A stretch of DNA of 61,797 nucleotides, taken from positions 1-61,797 of IMG/VR virus record IMGVR_UViG_3300033153_006695. The stretch is one strand, 5' to 3'. The stretch's first letter is position 1; each line of letters starts with the position of its first letter. The position numbers and the translations under genes were made by a program. Under the pieces are notes generated by a model. That model was not told where the DNA came from and ran no database searches. It was given only the letters and a program-made list of their open reading frames with translations. The stretch is from a virus (lineage: Duplodnaviria > Caudoviricetes). Of the stretch, positions 51,664 to 60,691 are shown piece by piece.

Positions 51664-52671
51664 ATGGGTTATGATGATGCTCATATATCTGTTCCTTATT
51701 TCATGAACGGATCAGCGCAAATGAAGAAAGTAAAAGAAGAAAAGAAAAACGAAAAAGAGTTGAATAAAATAGCCAACACTAGCAAATGGGGTAAAAAAAG
51801 AAAGAAACTCACGCATTTTTTATGTGAACAATGCGGGAATAAAAGTTGTTCATCTCTTAAAGAAGTAATACAAGAAAAATTATGCTTAAAATGTAGAACA
51901 ATAAAAGAAAAGGAGAGGATGAATATGCCAAAAGGAAAATTCTTATGTGGACTATACGGATGTACAAATTTAGTTTCAAGCGCACATCAGGCGAAACACG
52001 CACTTGAAGAGCATGATATGGATATCAGAAAATACAAGGACGCGCGAAAGGCTATGAAGAAAGGAAACCGCGGAATGGTTGTGGCTACTGGTCCAGCAGC
52101 AAAAGAGCCTCCAACACCTGCGCCATCCCTTGACAAGAAGATAGAAAAATCCAATATAGAACCTCCAGAGCAACAGGAAAAAACCCCTGAAAGTATGTCG
52201 AATCAAGAGATCATGAAAATATCAGGAAAGACAGAGCTTAATGGTTGCAGAATATCACCAGAAGAATTTGTAGGCATTCCTGTAAAATATGAGGGTGTTG
52301 TAGTTGGAAAATGTCTGGCTGCGCATTCCACGGATGATGAAGGAGTCATTGAAATGGACTATGAGATAACAGATAAGGAAATAATGTCTGATGTAAAATA
52401 TGGATTCATGAAGGGATGGTCAATAACCGATAATTCAATAGAAATGCACAAAGGTATAAAACCAATAAATGAGCCAGCATGCCCAGAGCCAATAATAACC
52501 GAAGAATCAATTAAAACAGTTCAAAGAAAAAACGAAGTAGAAAACAAACTAAAAGCACACGCACAAAACGAAATAGATGCACAGAACGAAAAACACACAG
52601 CAAAAGAGATAATAAAAGTAATTATTTTACGATGCCCTCATTGCGGCGGTAATTTGAAGATGAAAGAGTGA
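51664..52671 (+). CDS. mosaic multi-Zn-finger protein
   Basis: CEQC, CLKC, C2H2-like motif, CPHC; internal RBS at about 51911. Confidence 0.6.
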   Translation: MGYDDAHISVPYFMNGSAQMKKVKEEKKNEKELNKIANTSKWGKKRKKLTHFLCEQCGNKSCSSLKEVIQEKLCLKCRTIKEKERMNMPKGKFLCGLYGCTNLVSSAHQAKHALEEHDMDIRKYKDARKAMKKGNRGMVVATGPAAKEPPTPAPSLDKKIEKSNIEPPEQQEKTPESMSNQEIMKISGKTELNGCRISPEEFVGIPVKYEGVVVGKCLAAHSTDDEGVIEMDYEITDKEIMSDVKYGFMKGWSITDNSIEMHKGIKPINEPACPEPIITEESIKTVQRKNEVENKLKAHAQNEIDAQNEKHTAKEIIKVIILRCPHCGGNLKMKE

Positions 52672-52675
52672 TACC

Positions 52676-53056
52676 ATGAAAAGACCAGAATCAATAACAT
52701 TCAGCAACAGTTGGGGAAACAAGTTCAACAAAAAGAACTACACAACAGTACGAGGACAGGACACAGAATTCAAACTATTGAAAACATATCCGGTAATACT
52801 CAAAGGAAAAATTATAGGCAACGCAAAAGTCAAAGAAATCGAATTCAAACGAATAAACGAATTCACAATCAAAGAGATTCGAGAAGATTTAGGACTCAGC
52901 ATCCAAAATAACCTATCCGGCGACATGATAGCACAAGACGTAAGAGAGCAGTTTATAACGATTTTGGAAAAATGGTACAAGCAAAAGCCCTGGTGGATGG
53001 GCGAACATACAGTAATGCAAAAAATATACCTGGAAAATAAAGGAAAGGTGATATGA
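52676..53056 (+). CDS. ASCH/PUA-domain protein
   Basis: KNYTTVRG, GNAKVKEI...IREDLG. Confidence 0.65.
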   Translation: MKRPESITFSNSWGNKFNKKNYTTVRGQDTEFKLLKTYPVILKGKIIGNAKVKEIEFKRINEFTIKEIREDLGLSIQNNLSGDMIAQDVREQFITILEKWYKQKPWWMGEHTVMQKIYLENKGKVI

Positions 53057-53269
53057 ATGAACGAACACGACATGATCCAGGACAAAGATTTCACATGGCG
53101 ACCAAAAACAGGAGAGGATATAATTAGAAGCGAATATACTAAAGTATTACTTGAACTAAAAACATTTGAAGATGCAAGATATGACGCAGCAAAAAATGGC
53201 TGGATGCAAGAAGTAAAACGACTGAATAAATGCATTGCATGGAACAAAGAACGACTGAAAAATATGTGA
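53057..53269 (+). CDS. hypothetical protein
   Basis: AGGTGAT RBS. Confidence 0.5.
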   Translation: MNEHDMIQDKDFTWRPKTGEDIIRSEYTKVLLELKTFEDARYDAAKNGWMQEVKRLNKCIAWNKERLKNM

Positions 53270-53509
53270 ATAATATGACCGAAGAAGTATCAACCGCCGA
53301 AATCAGGAACAGTTTATTTATTATAGAAAACCGTATGGAAAGAGACAAAAAAGCTATTGCGCGCCTAAAGAAAATCCTGGCAATGCGCGGAGAAATATCA
53401 TATTCAGAGATGAATGAATGATAACAATACTCATCAAAGGAGAACCGCAAGAAGTAGAAACATTTGAAGTGGCTTGGGAGAAGATAAGAAAAAACAGGAG
53501 AGGGTATAA

Positions 53510-53731
53510 ATTACATGCATTGATGAACTAGTAACTGACTTATTGAAAGGCGCAAAAGAATGCAAAGCAGCAGAAAGCAAACTAAGCACATACGAGATAG
53601 CAAAAAGATTAAAGATAAGCTGGTCTACTGCTAATATTCATTGCTATAAACTGAAATCAGAAAATAAAATAAAAGGAAACACAGAGAAAGCCGAAATAGG
53701 CGACGGAAAAAAGATGTTGTGGTGGTGCTAA
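53510..53731 (+). CDS. winged-helix HTH protein (probable ATT start)
   Basis: LSTYEIAKRLKISWSTANIHCYKL. Confidence 0.7.
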   Translation: MTCIDELVTDLLKGAKECKAAESKLSTYEIAKRLKISWSTANIHCYKLKSENKIKGNTEKAEIGDGKKMLWWC

Positions 53732-53920
53732 ATGATAATAGAAATAACATTAGTAATAATAATCTTTGAATTATTGGCATTGATATTATGCCATGCAGTA
53801 TATGTATCAGATGCCAGAGACGAGATTGTAAAACACATAAACGCAATAGACGACAAAATGAGTTTGGTTATGGATAAGAACCTAAAAAAGAAAGTGAAAG
53901 AATACAAACAGAGTGGATGA
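53732..53920 (+). CDS. small membrane protein
   Basis: N-terminal TM segment. Confidence 0.5.
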   Translation: MIIEITLVIIIFELLALILCHAVYVSDARDEIVKHINAIDDKMSLVMDKNLKKKVKEYKQSG

Positions 53921-54083
53921 AGACGAAAGAAACAACTAAAATGCTACTATCATTCATATCTGCAATAGTTTTAATATTGGTTTTAATTTCCAATAATAAT
54001 AATAATATTGTGATATGTTGTGTGTTTGTATTGTGGCTAACATTATTATTGTATGCTTTATTTAAATTAATGGAGACGTTATA

Positions 54084-54476
54084 ATGAACAAACAACAAAC
54101 AGCACTTAAAGTAAGAGACACAATGCGAAAATACAAAGAGCAAGGTTCAGACAGCCCATGCAGGAAGAATCATATTGTGCTATTTTCTAATAATACATTT
54201 ACTCACGAAATTTCTAAATGTGAAATTTGCTATGGTTTACTACAAGGAGCATTACCACAACATTTCGATTATAAATTAAATCATTTAGTATTTAAACAGT
54301 CACCCGACTTCAAAAAACTAAGTTTCATAACAGAAGCAGTAGACCGAAAGACCGGGAAACGCAGGGATGTCGTGATACTTGAGACGGGGCAGATTATCGA
54401 AGTTGTAAATACCCATGAATCGAAAGAATTACTTGACAGCTACAAAAAAGATGACGTTTTAATAATAAAAGTATAA
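54084..54476 (+). CDS. PD-(D/E)XK-like nuclease-fold protein (tentative)
   Basis: FITEA...RRDVV...IIEV. Confidence 0.4.
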   Translation: MNKQQTALKVRDTMRKYKEQGSDSPCRKNHIVLFSNNTFTHEISKCEICYGLLQGALPQHFDYKLNHLVFKQSPDFKKLSFITEAVDRKTGKRRDVVILETGQIIEVVNTHESKELLDSYKKDDVLIIKV

Positions 54477-54487
54477 GGTGATTGAAA

Positions 54488-55762
54488 ATTGAAGAAAAGA
54501 AATTAAAAATATGTATATTGTCAGACAGCCCTTTTATTCCGACAGGATTTTTACAAATGTATTCCTGAAATCGGAATCAAAGTTTACAGTTGGCTCAATA
54601 TCTATCAAAAAAGAATTACGAAGTATTTTTTATGGGAAATGCATTTACCGGCATGCAGCTTAACAACTTTGAACTATACGACGGCACTAAATGCAATTTC
54701 AAACTATACGGCGAACTGCAGCACAGTTATTTCAGGAACACAATGTCAGAGATACTAAAAACCAATATGATAGACCGGTTTATTGTGCTTTTAGATACAT
54801 TTATGTTACATGGTAATGACGCATGGTTCTTGAATATCGATACATCACCTGCAAAGACATTCTTCTGGTTCCCGACAGACGGCGGCGGAGGCTTGCCACA
54901 AGGCTGTGATAGGATATTACGAAAAATAGATGTGCCTGTAGCCATGTCGAAGTTTGGACAGAAACAGGTGAAAGAATACCATAACATAGACACAGAACAC
55001 ATCCCGCATGGTGTGAATACTAAGATGTTCTATAGGATGCCTGACGAAGAACGAAACAACTTAAGAGCAAAATACGGATTACAGGATAAATTTGTAATAG
55101 CAACTGTCGCTAGGAATCAACCTAGAAAGCATCTTGATAGAACCATCAAAGCATTGTTAGTTCTTAAAATGATTAAAGATAAGATACCAAATGCAATGTT
55201 ATTTTTACATCTTGATCCAGAAGATCCAGCACAACAACTCTGGAAGATTAGAAGTCTTATACAGAAGTTCGGATTAGAGAACCGTGTTGTGTTTTCAGGT
55301 ATGAAAGCGCATCAAGGTATCCCCGACAAAGAGATGGTTAAAATATATAATATAATGGACTGTTTTTTATTGACAACTTCAGGGGAAGGTTTCGGACTTC
55401 CGATAATAGAATCTATGGCTTGCGAGATACCCGTAGTTGCCACTTCCTACACAACAACCCACGAACTTGTAGAAAACACCAAAGCCGGCTTCGGTATAAA
55501 ACTATCAGGCGTAGAAAAGCTTAATCTGTTCGACTTACATTCCAAAGAATACGATTATAGATGCATGAACGGCACAATAACCGGAAGCTGGGAAGTAGAG
55601 AGAGCAGTTTGCGATATAGAAGACGCTGCTAAATTGATTGTAGAACTCTATAAGAATCCAGAATTACGCAAAGAGATGGGTAAGAACGGCAGGAAAGCGG
55701 TACTTTCTAAGTACGATTTTAATAATGTGGTTGCGCCTGCGTGGGAGAAACTTTTGAGGTGA
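54488..55762 (+). CDS. GT4 glycosyltransferase interrupted by a 21-nt micro-intron; join(54488..54548,54570..55762)
   Basis: PHGVN, ARNQPRK, GEGFGLPIIESMAC; the N-terminal strand KICILSDSPFIPTG lies upstream of an in-frame TGA. Confidence 0.85.
54549..54569 (+). other. putative tRNA-type (BHB/BHL) mRNA intron, 21 nt
   Basis: ATTCCGA/TCGGAAT exon helix, CAGG/CCTG 4-bp helix, AAA bulge; canonical cuts give GGA-TAT-CGG. Confidence 0.75.
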
Positions 55763-55766
55763 TTCT

Positions 55767-56345
55767 ATGAACAACAGAGAGCGCACAAAAAAACAAGATA
55801 CATTGCATTTATATGTGGCAATAAGACGGAATAAAGAAAATAGTGACGGTCAAGAAATATGTTTCCGTGAAGTCATAAGAGATAATAAGACCTCATTAGA
55901 CGCTTTAGAGGCACGTATAAAATCGATTTCAGGAACTTGGAGAATATATAAGACTGTAAACTCAAGAGACATAGAGAAAGCAAGAGTATTATTATTGATG
56001 AAACTTATAGAGAATCCAGAAAATTCATATAAAGTAGACACCATTTGGAAAACATGCCTATTACAACCAAAATGTAGAGCAGAACATAAACTATTATGGG
56101 ATGTAGATGGAAATATAACTCTTACAGATTTGGGAAAGATATTTTCAGATAGAAAAGTTTTTATAAAACAATATATTAAATCTCCAAATGGCTATAATGT
56201 TGTGACTGAGTTATGTGATACTAGATTATTCAAAAAAGAAGATATAATTAAAGAATATTCATCAATAAATGATTTCGGATTCAGTAGAGATGGTGTAATG
56301 TTCATAAAACGATTTGTGATTGAAAATGAAAGAAATAATGACTAA
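55767..56345 (+). CDS. hypothetical protein (DxD + SPNGY motifs, AEP-like tentative)
   Basis: RIYKTVNSRD, LWDVD, KSPNGY. Confidence 0.5.
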   Translation: MNNRERTKKQDTLHLYVAIRRNKENSDGQEICFREVIRDNKTSLDALEARIKSISGTWRIYKTVNSRDIEKARVLLLMKLIENPENSYKVDTIWKTCLLQPKCRAEHKLLWDVDGNITLTDLGKIFSDRKVFIKQYIKSPNGYNVVTELCDTRLFKKEDIIKEYSSINDFGFSRDGVMFIKRFVIENERNND

Positions 56346-57345
56346 AGTAAATGAAATGATGCATCCGTTTAAGGTTTATGCCGTTGGTGGTTGTGTCAGA
56401 GATTATATTATGAAAAAAGAACCAAAAGATTATGATTTCACTACAAATGCAAAACCAGACGAGACACAACAAAAAATAAAAGAATCTGGAAGAAGAGCAT
56501 ATATGACTGGTAAAAAGTTTGGAACTCTTGGATGTAAACTTAACGGTCAGATGATAGAAATAACAACATTCAGGGGAGAAAAGTATGAACAAAATTGTAG
56601 GAAACCGCAAGTAGAGTATCTTAATAATCTAAATGCGGATTTAGACCGAAGAGATTTCACTATAAACGCTATGGCTATGAGATTACACAATGATAAATTA
56701 AAAATTATAGATAATCATGGCGGCAGAGACGACATAAATAATAAGATTATAAGATGCGTGGGTAACTCTAAAATAAGATTCAAAGAAGACCCATTACGAA
56801 TACTAAGAGCTATACGTTTTGCAACAAGATTCAAATTTAAAATAGAAAGTAAAACATCAGATAGAGTAACCAAAATGTCTCCAATGTTATTAACCATATC
56901 AAAAGAAAGATGGATGCAAGAAATTGATAAAATACTCATGGATGATAATGTTGAGTTTGGACTTATTGAGCTATGGGCGAGTAATTGTTTTAGATATATG
57001 ATCCCAGAATTACATCTTCAAATGGATTATAAACAAAACTCAAAGTATCATAGTCATGAATTATGGTTTCATACAACGTATGTAGTTAATGCAGTACCTA
57101 AAGACATAAACATGAAATGGGCGGCATTATTGCATGATATTGCGAAACCGTTTGTATGTAAAGAGAATCTAAAGACAGGATATAATCACTTTATTGACCA
57201 CGAAAAGTTAGGTGCTGATATTGTGGAGAAATTAGCAAGACATCTACACTGGTCGAATGATAGAAGAGAAATCGTAAAAGAGTTAGTATATAATCATTTA
57301 GATGACGAGTCTCCACTAAAAATATATGATGATATGGGGAAATAA
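56320..57345 (+). CDS. cca: class II CCA-adding enzyme / poly(A) polymerase family nucleotidyltransferase with HD domain
   Basis: VGGCVRD, DYD, RRDFTINA, EDPLRILRAIRF, LLHDIAK. Confidence 0.88.
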   Translation: MKMKEIMTKVNEMMHPFKVYAVGGCVRDYIMKKEPKDYDFTTNAKPDETQQKIKESGRRAYMTGKKFGTLGCKLNGQMIEITTFRGEKYEQNCRKPQVEYLNNLNADLDRRDFTINAMAMRLHNDKLKIIDNHGGRDDINNKIIRCVGNSKIRFKEDPLRILRAIRFATRFKFKIESKTSDRVTKMSPMLLTISKERWMQEIDKILMDDNVEFGLIELWASNCFRYMIPELHLQMDYKQNSKYHSHELWFHTTYVVNAVPKDINMKWAALLHDIAKPFVCKENLKTGYNHFIDHEKLGADIVEKLARHLHWSNDRREIVKELVYNHLDDESPLKIYDDMGK

Positions 57346-58589
57346 TGAATATAATCCTGATAACTCAACCGGAACAAGCCATGCTTGCAGAAGCCGGGGA
57401 TCGTCCAGCTATGGGGGCGTTATATCTGGCAGCAGCATTAAGAGCCGCAGGACATAGACCTACTATTTGCGACCTGAACCATGACAGCTATTATACCCTA
57501 AAAGAAAAGATAGAGTTCATAAAGCCGGAATTCATTACAATAACAACAACTACTCCTTATCTTAATTGGTGCAAGAACTTCGCAGAACACTTAAGACACA
57601 ACTACCCTGAAATAAAACTAATCGCCGGCGGTCCTCATGCAAGTGCAGACCCGGACTCACTAAAAGAACAGTTTGATTATATAGTAGTCGGTGAAGGTGA
57701 GAATGCGATAGTCGATATAGTAGAGAACAAAGTAAAAAAACAGATAGTAAAATATCCGCTAATAAAAGACATAGACACTATTCCTATACCTGCATGGGAC
57801 TTAATACCAGTCGAGAGATACGGCATAATCCAGGAGGGTATAAGAACCGGAGTAATACTATCTAGTAGGTCATGCCCGTATAAATGTTTCTTCTGCGGTA
57901 AGACCATCATGGGCGAGGGCTACAGGAAACACAGTGTAGACCGGATTATAGAAGAGATGCGAATCTTAAGAGACAATTACGGCTTTAAGTCGTTTTATTT
58001 TGTTGATGATTGTTTCACAATCGACAAAAAAAGAGTATTAGAATTCTGTAAGAGAATGAAAAAAGAACAACTAGGATCATTTAGGATAACAAGCAGAACA
58101 GACACCATAGACGATGAGATGATGCGCGAATTGAAACTAGCAGGCATACGGTCTATATCTTACGGGTTAGAACACCTGGACAATAAAGTACTAAAGACCA
58201 TCCAAAAAAGCAACACCGCCGAGAACAATCTAAAAGCCGTCAGACTGGCTAAGAAATACGATGTAGGAGTCAGAGGTAGTTTTGTTGTAAATCTACCGGG
58301 CGCTACCAGAGAGACCGTACATGATTGTTTGAAGTTTGCAATGAATTATAGTTTAGAATATGCGGATTTTTACAATTTGATAGTTTATCCTGGAACACCT
58401 GCATATAAGAATCCAGAAAAATATAATATAAAAATAATATCTAAAGATACAAATTTTTATCAAACTAGTGGGAAAACAAATGTAGACACCGAATATTTCA
58501 CTGCAAGTGACGCTGAAAAACTTACAACAGAAGTTAATAATGAATGGCGCAAATTTAAAAAAACAAAATGTCCTTGGGAATTAGAATGA
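57345..58589 (+). CDS. B12-binding (class B) radical SAM enzyme
   Basis: GGPHAS, VGEGE, SRSCPYKCFFC, YPGT. Confidence 0.9.
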   Translation: MNIILITQPEQAMLAEAGDRPAMGALYLAAALRAAGHRPTICDLNHDSYYTLKEKIEFIKPEFITITTTTPYLNWCKNFAEHLRHNYPEIKLIAGGPHASADPDSLKEQFDYIVVGEGENAIVDIVENKVKKQIVKYPLIKDIDTIPIPAWDLIPVERYGIIQEGIRTGVILSSRSCPYKCFFCGKTIMGEGYRKHSVDRIIEEMRILRDNYGFKSFYFVDDCFTIDKKRVLEFCKRMKKEQLGSFRITSRTDTIDDEMMRELKLAGIRSISYGLEHLDNKVLKTIQKSNTAENNLKAVRLAKKYDVGVRGSFVVNLPGATRETVHDCLKFAMNYSLEYADFYNLIVYPGTPAYKNPEKYNIKIISKDTNFYQTSGKTNVDTEYFTASDAEKLTTEVNNEWRKFKKTKCPWELE

Positions 58590-58609
58590 AAAATAGAATT
58601 TGTTTGTTT

Positions 58610-58792
58610 GTTTCAATCCTTATTATACTGGAATATGAATAGAAACTAAACACCCGAAAGAGATTATGGCGCGCAGAATGAAGTTTCAATCCTTATTATA
58701 CTGGAATATGAATAGAAACAGAAAACAGTCACACCGCCGAAACTCACTACACGCTGTTTCAATCCTTATTATACTGGAATATGAATAGAAAC
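58610..58792 (-). CRISPR. mini CRISPR array: 3 identical 37-bp repeats and 2 spacers of 36 bp
   Basis: Repeat (minus strand) GTTTCTATTCATATTCCAGTATAATAAGGATTGAAAC at 58610-58646, 58683-58719 and 58756-58792; spacers 58647-58682 and 58720-58755. Confidence 0.95.
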
Positions 58793-58904
58793 CCTACAAA
58801 AAAATGGTTCATTTGCCTATATCTCACCAAATACTGCTTCATTCCATACACAGAAATCCATATATCATTATTAGTTTCAATCTTTTATAAAGACATGAAA
58901 AAAG

Positions 58905-59072
58905 TTATAATAAGTTTCGAGGGTTGCCGAATCATAACGAATCGGTACTACTCGATTTTGGGCTGTTGAAATCAGCCGTGCAGTTGTACATACCTCGCCT
59001 GCGGAGTACGCTATGAAGTAGTATGACTCAACTGCGCTATCCTTCATCATATCCAACACATAGGTCGGACAC
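58905..59072 (-). ncRNA. Cas12f tracrRNA
   Basis: Same layout as the Un1Cas12f1 tracrRNA: GGCTG-ATTTCAA-CAGCC loop complementary to the repeat 3' TTGAAA, TCGAG...AACCCTCGAAAC, anti-repeat CTTATTATA. Confidence 0.82.
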
Positions 59073-59077
59073 TCATA

Positions 59078-60691
59078 TTAGGAACATGATTCTGCTAATT
59101 GTTCTATGTCTATATTCGATATGTTCTTTGAAGCATTATAATCGGCATCACAGGTCACTTCACAATTACAGCATTTGAATTTCGGGAAGTTATGTGCCTT
59201 ACGGTAATCGAATGTGAACTCTTTGTTGCGTACATTACAACTATGACATATCTGTGACGTGTATTTCGGGTTGATGATTTTGATGCTGATGCCTGCCTCA
59301 ATCAATTTCTTGTCAATCTGGTCTTGTAATCTGGCATAACACCAATACATCCTCTGGAATTTGAAGAAGTCTGTATCGCCCTCTCTATCATCTCTGTCTT
59401 TCAATGATTTCAGGTCTTCACGTTGGACTATTCCGACATTATTCCTGACAAAGAACGCCACAACTTCACTCGCCCATTTCTCGATTATCTTCTTACGTCG
59501 TTGCTGGTCTTTCTGCGATGCAATCTCACTGATTTTGAGCTTGTTCTTCGAGCCGTGACCTGTTCTGGAATATCTATTCCGCTTCATGAAACTACGTCTG
59601 CGTGATAATGCCTGGACATTATAAGCCATCACTTCATTACCATTTATACTCAATCTTTTAAGTGAATTACTGACCGCACATACAATCGGTTTCGTCATAC
59701 CTATATCAATCCCGCCAACTATGTTCTGGTCAAGAGTGTGTTTCTTAGGCGGGAATGTAGCGACAATATTAACAAACCACTGCGTCTTCTCGCCTATCTT
59801 CTTACCTCTATTGAGTTCAAGCCATCCTATTTTATACTTATTTCTTAATGATTCCTGTATTGCTGGTGTTTCAAGTTTCTTGTATTTTGGTTGCTTGATT
59901 ATGCAATCGTCATTATAATGATTCTGTGAATATTCGAGCCATTCTTTTTGTAGGTCGCCGTTCATAATACGCCTTATTTCGGAGTCTGTTCCTTCGTCAC
60001 GCATCCAGCTATTATTCTTCATTCGACGTTTGGTTGATATAATCAGCTTAATATGTTTTTTCTTGATAGTATCTGCCAATTCAAAAACATAGTATTTCTT
60101 ACCTGATTTTTTGTTCTTCTCGATTTTGTAAGTATATTGTGGTACGGTGATTGTAATCACAAACTCGCCATTAAGATTATCGATTAGGAATGCCTTATCC
60201 TTATCGGAATTTGACTGTTTGTACATAGGTATTGGGAACGTCTGTCTTTTGGCAGAGGGTAGTGATATTTTGGCACAATATAAGTCAAACGCTTTGGTCT
60301 TACTGAAATTAGACTGTACTTTTGTCCTGACACCTAACGCCATACATGAATCCTTTATCTCTTTATATGCCTCTTTATATACAATTGAACTCAATAATTT
60401 AGCAACAGAATCCTCTTTGTTTTGGTTGATTATCTTCTCTATATATAGTTTACTGATACCTTTATTATAAGATAAAGCAATCTTCTCCTGAAAGAACCCC
60501 ATCAGCGCATAGAACTCTTTTTTTGTAACGATTTCAGGGTTGTCTTTTTTGAGTTTGTCATAGTATGTGTAACCTAATAATCCCTTACCACCATCTTTTT
60601 TATTCTGTTCTTTATCTTTGATAAGTTGTTGCTCAATTTTCTCACCCATATAAGGTCTAAGCACCTTCAAAGATAATGTTTTTGTTATCAT
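59078..60691 (-). CDS. cas12f1: type V-F effector Cas12f1 (Cas14a), RuvC intact
   Basis: Collinear with recalled Un1Cas12f1 motifs: ITKTLSLKVLRPY, FPIP, DEGTDSEI, GGIDIG (D), GHGSKNKLK, REDL (E), CHSC/CCNC, ADYNA (D). Confidence 0.93.
   Translation of the reverse strand: MITKTLSLKVLRPYMGEKIEQQLIKDKEQNKKDGGKGLLGYTYYDKLKKDNPEIVTKKEFYALMGFFQEKIALSYNKGISKLYIEKIINQNKEDSVAKLLSSIVYKEAYKEIKDSCMALGVRTKVQSNFSKTKAFDLYCAKISLPSAKRQTFPIPMYKQSNSDKDKAFLIDNLNGEFVITITVPQYTYKIEKNKKSGKKYYVFELADTIKKKHIKLIISTKRRMKNNSWMRDEGTDSEIRRIMNGDLQKEWLEYSQNHYNDDCIIKQPKYKKLETPAIQESLRNKYKIGWLELNRGKKIGEKTQWFVNIVATFPPKKHTLDQNIVGGIDIGMTKPIVCAVSNSLKRLSINGNEVMAYNVQALSRRRSFMKRNRYSRTGHGSKNKLKISEIASQKDQQRRKKIIEKWASEVVAFFVRNNVGIVQREDLKSLKDRDDREGDTDFFKFQRMYWCYARLQDQIDKKLIEAGISIKIINPKYTSQICHSCNVRNKEFTFDYRKAHNFPKFKCCNCEVTCDADYNASKNISNIDIEQLAESCS

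Noticed and set aside
54566-54568. TGA recoding (alternative genetic code or selenocysteine) in the GT4 gene
   Set aside because: TGA is used as a normal stop throughout the genome, and read-through would leave 7 extra residues in the PTGY loop; the intron model explains both features
1192-57910. Numerous minus-strand ORFs in the track
   Set aside because: They are shadows of well-supported + strand genes, with no motifs or RBS
58836-58845. GCTTCATTCC as a fourth degenerate CRISPR repeat
   Set aside because: Only 8/10 match at one end and the spacing (43 bp) is off; more likely leader sequence
59078-60691. IS200/IS605 TnpB transposon
   Set aside because: No TnpA or transposon ends seen; the protein follows Cas12f1 motifs and has a tracrRNA and array
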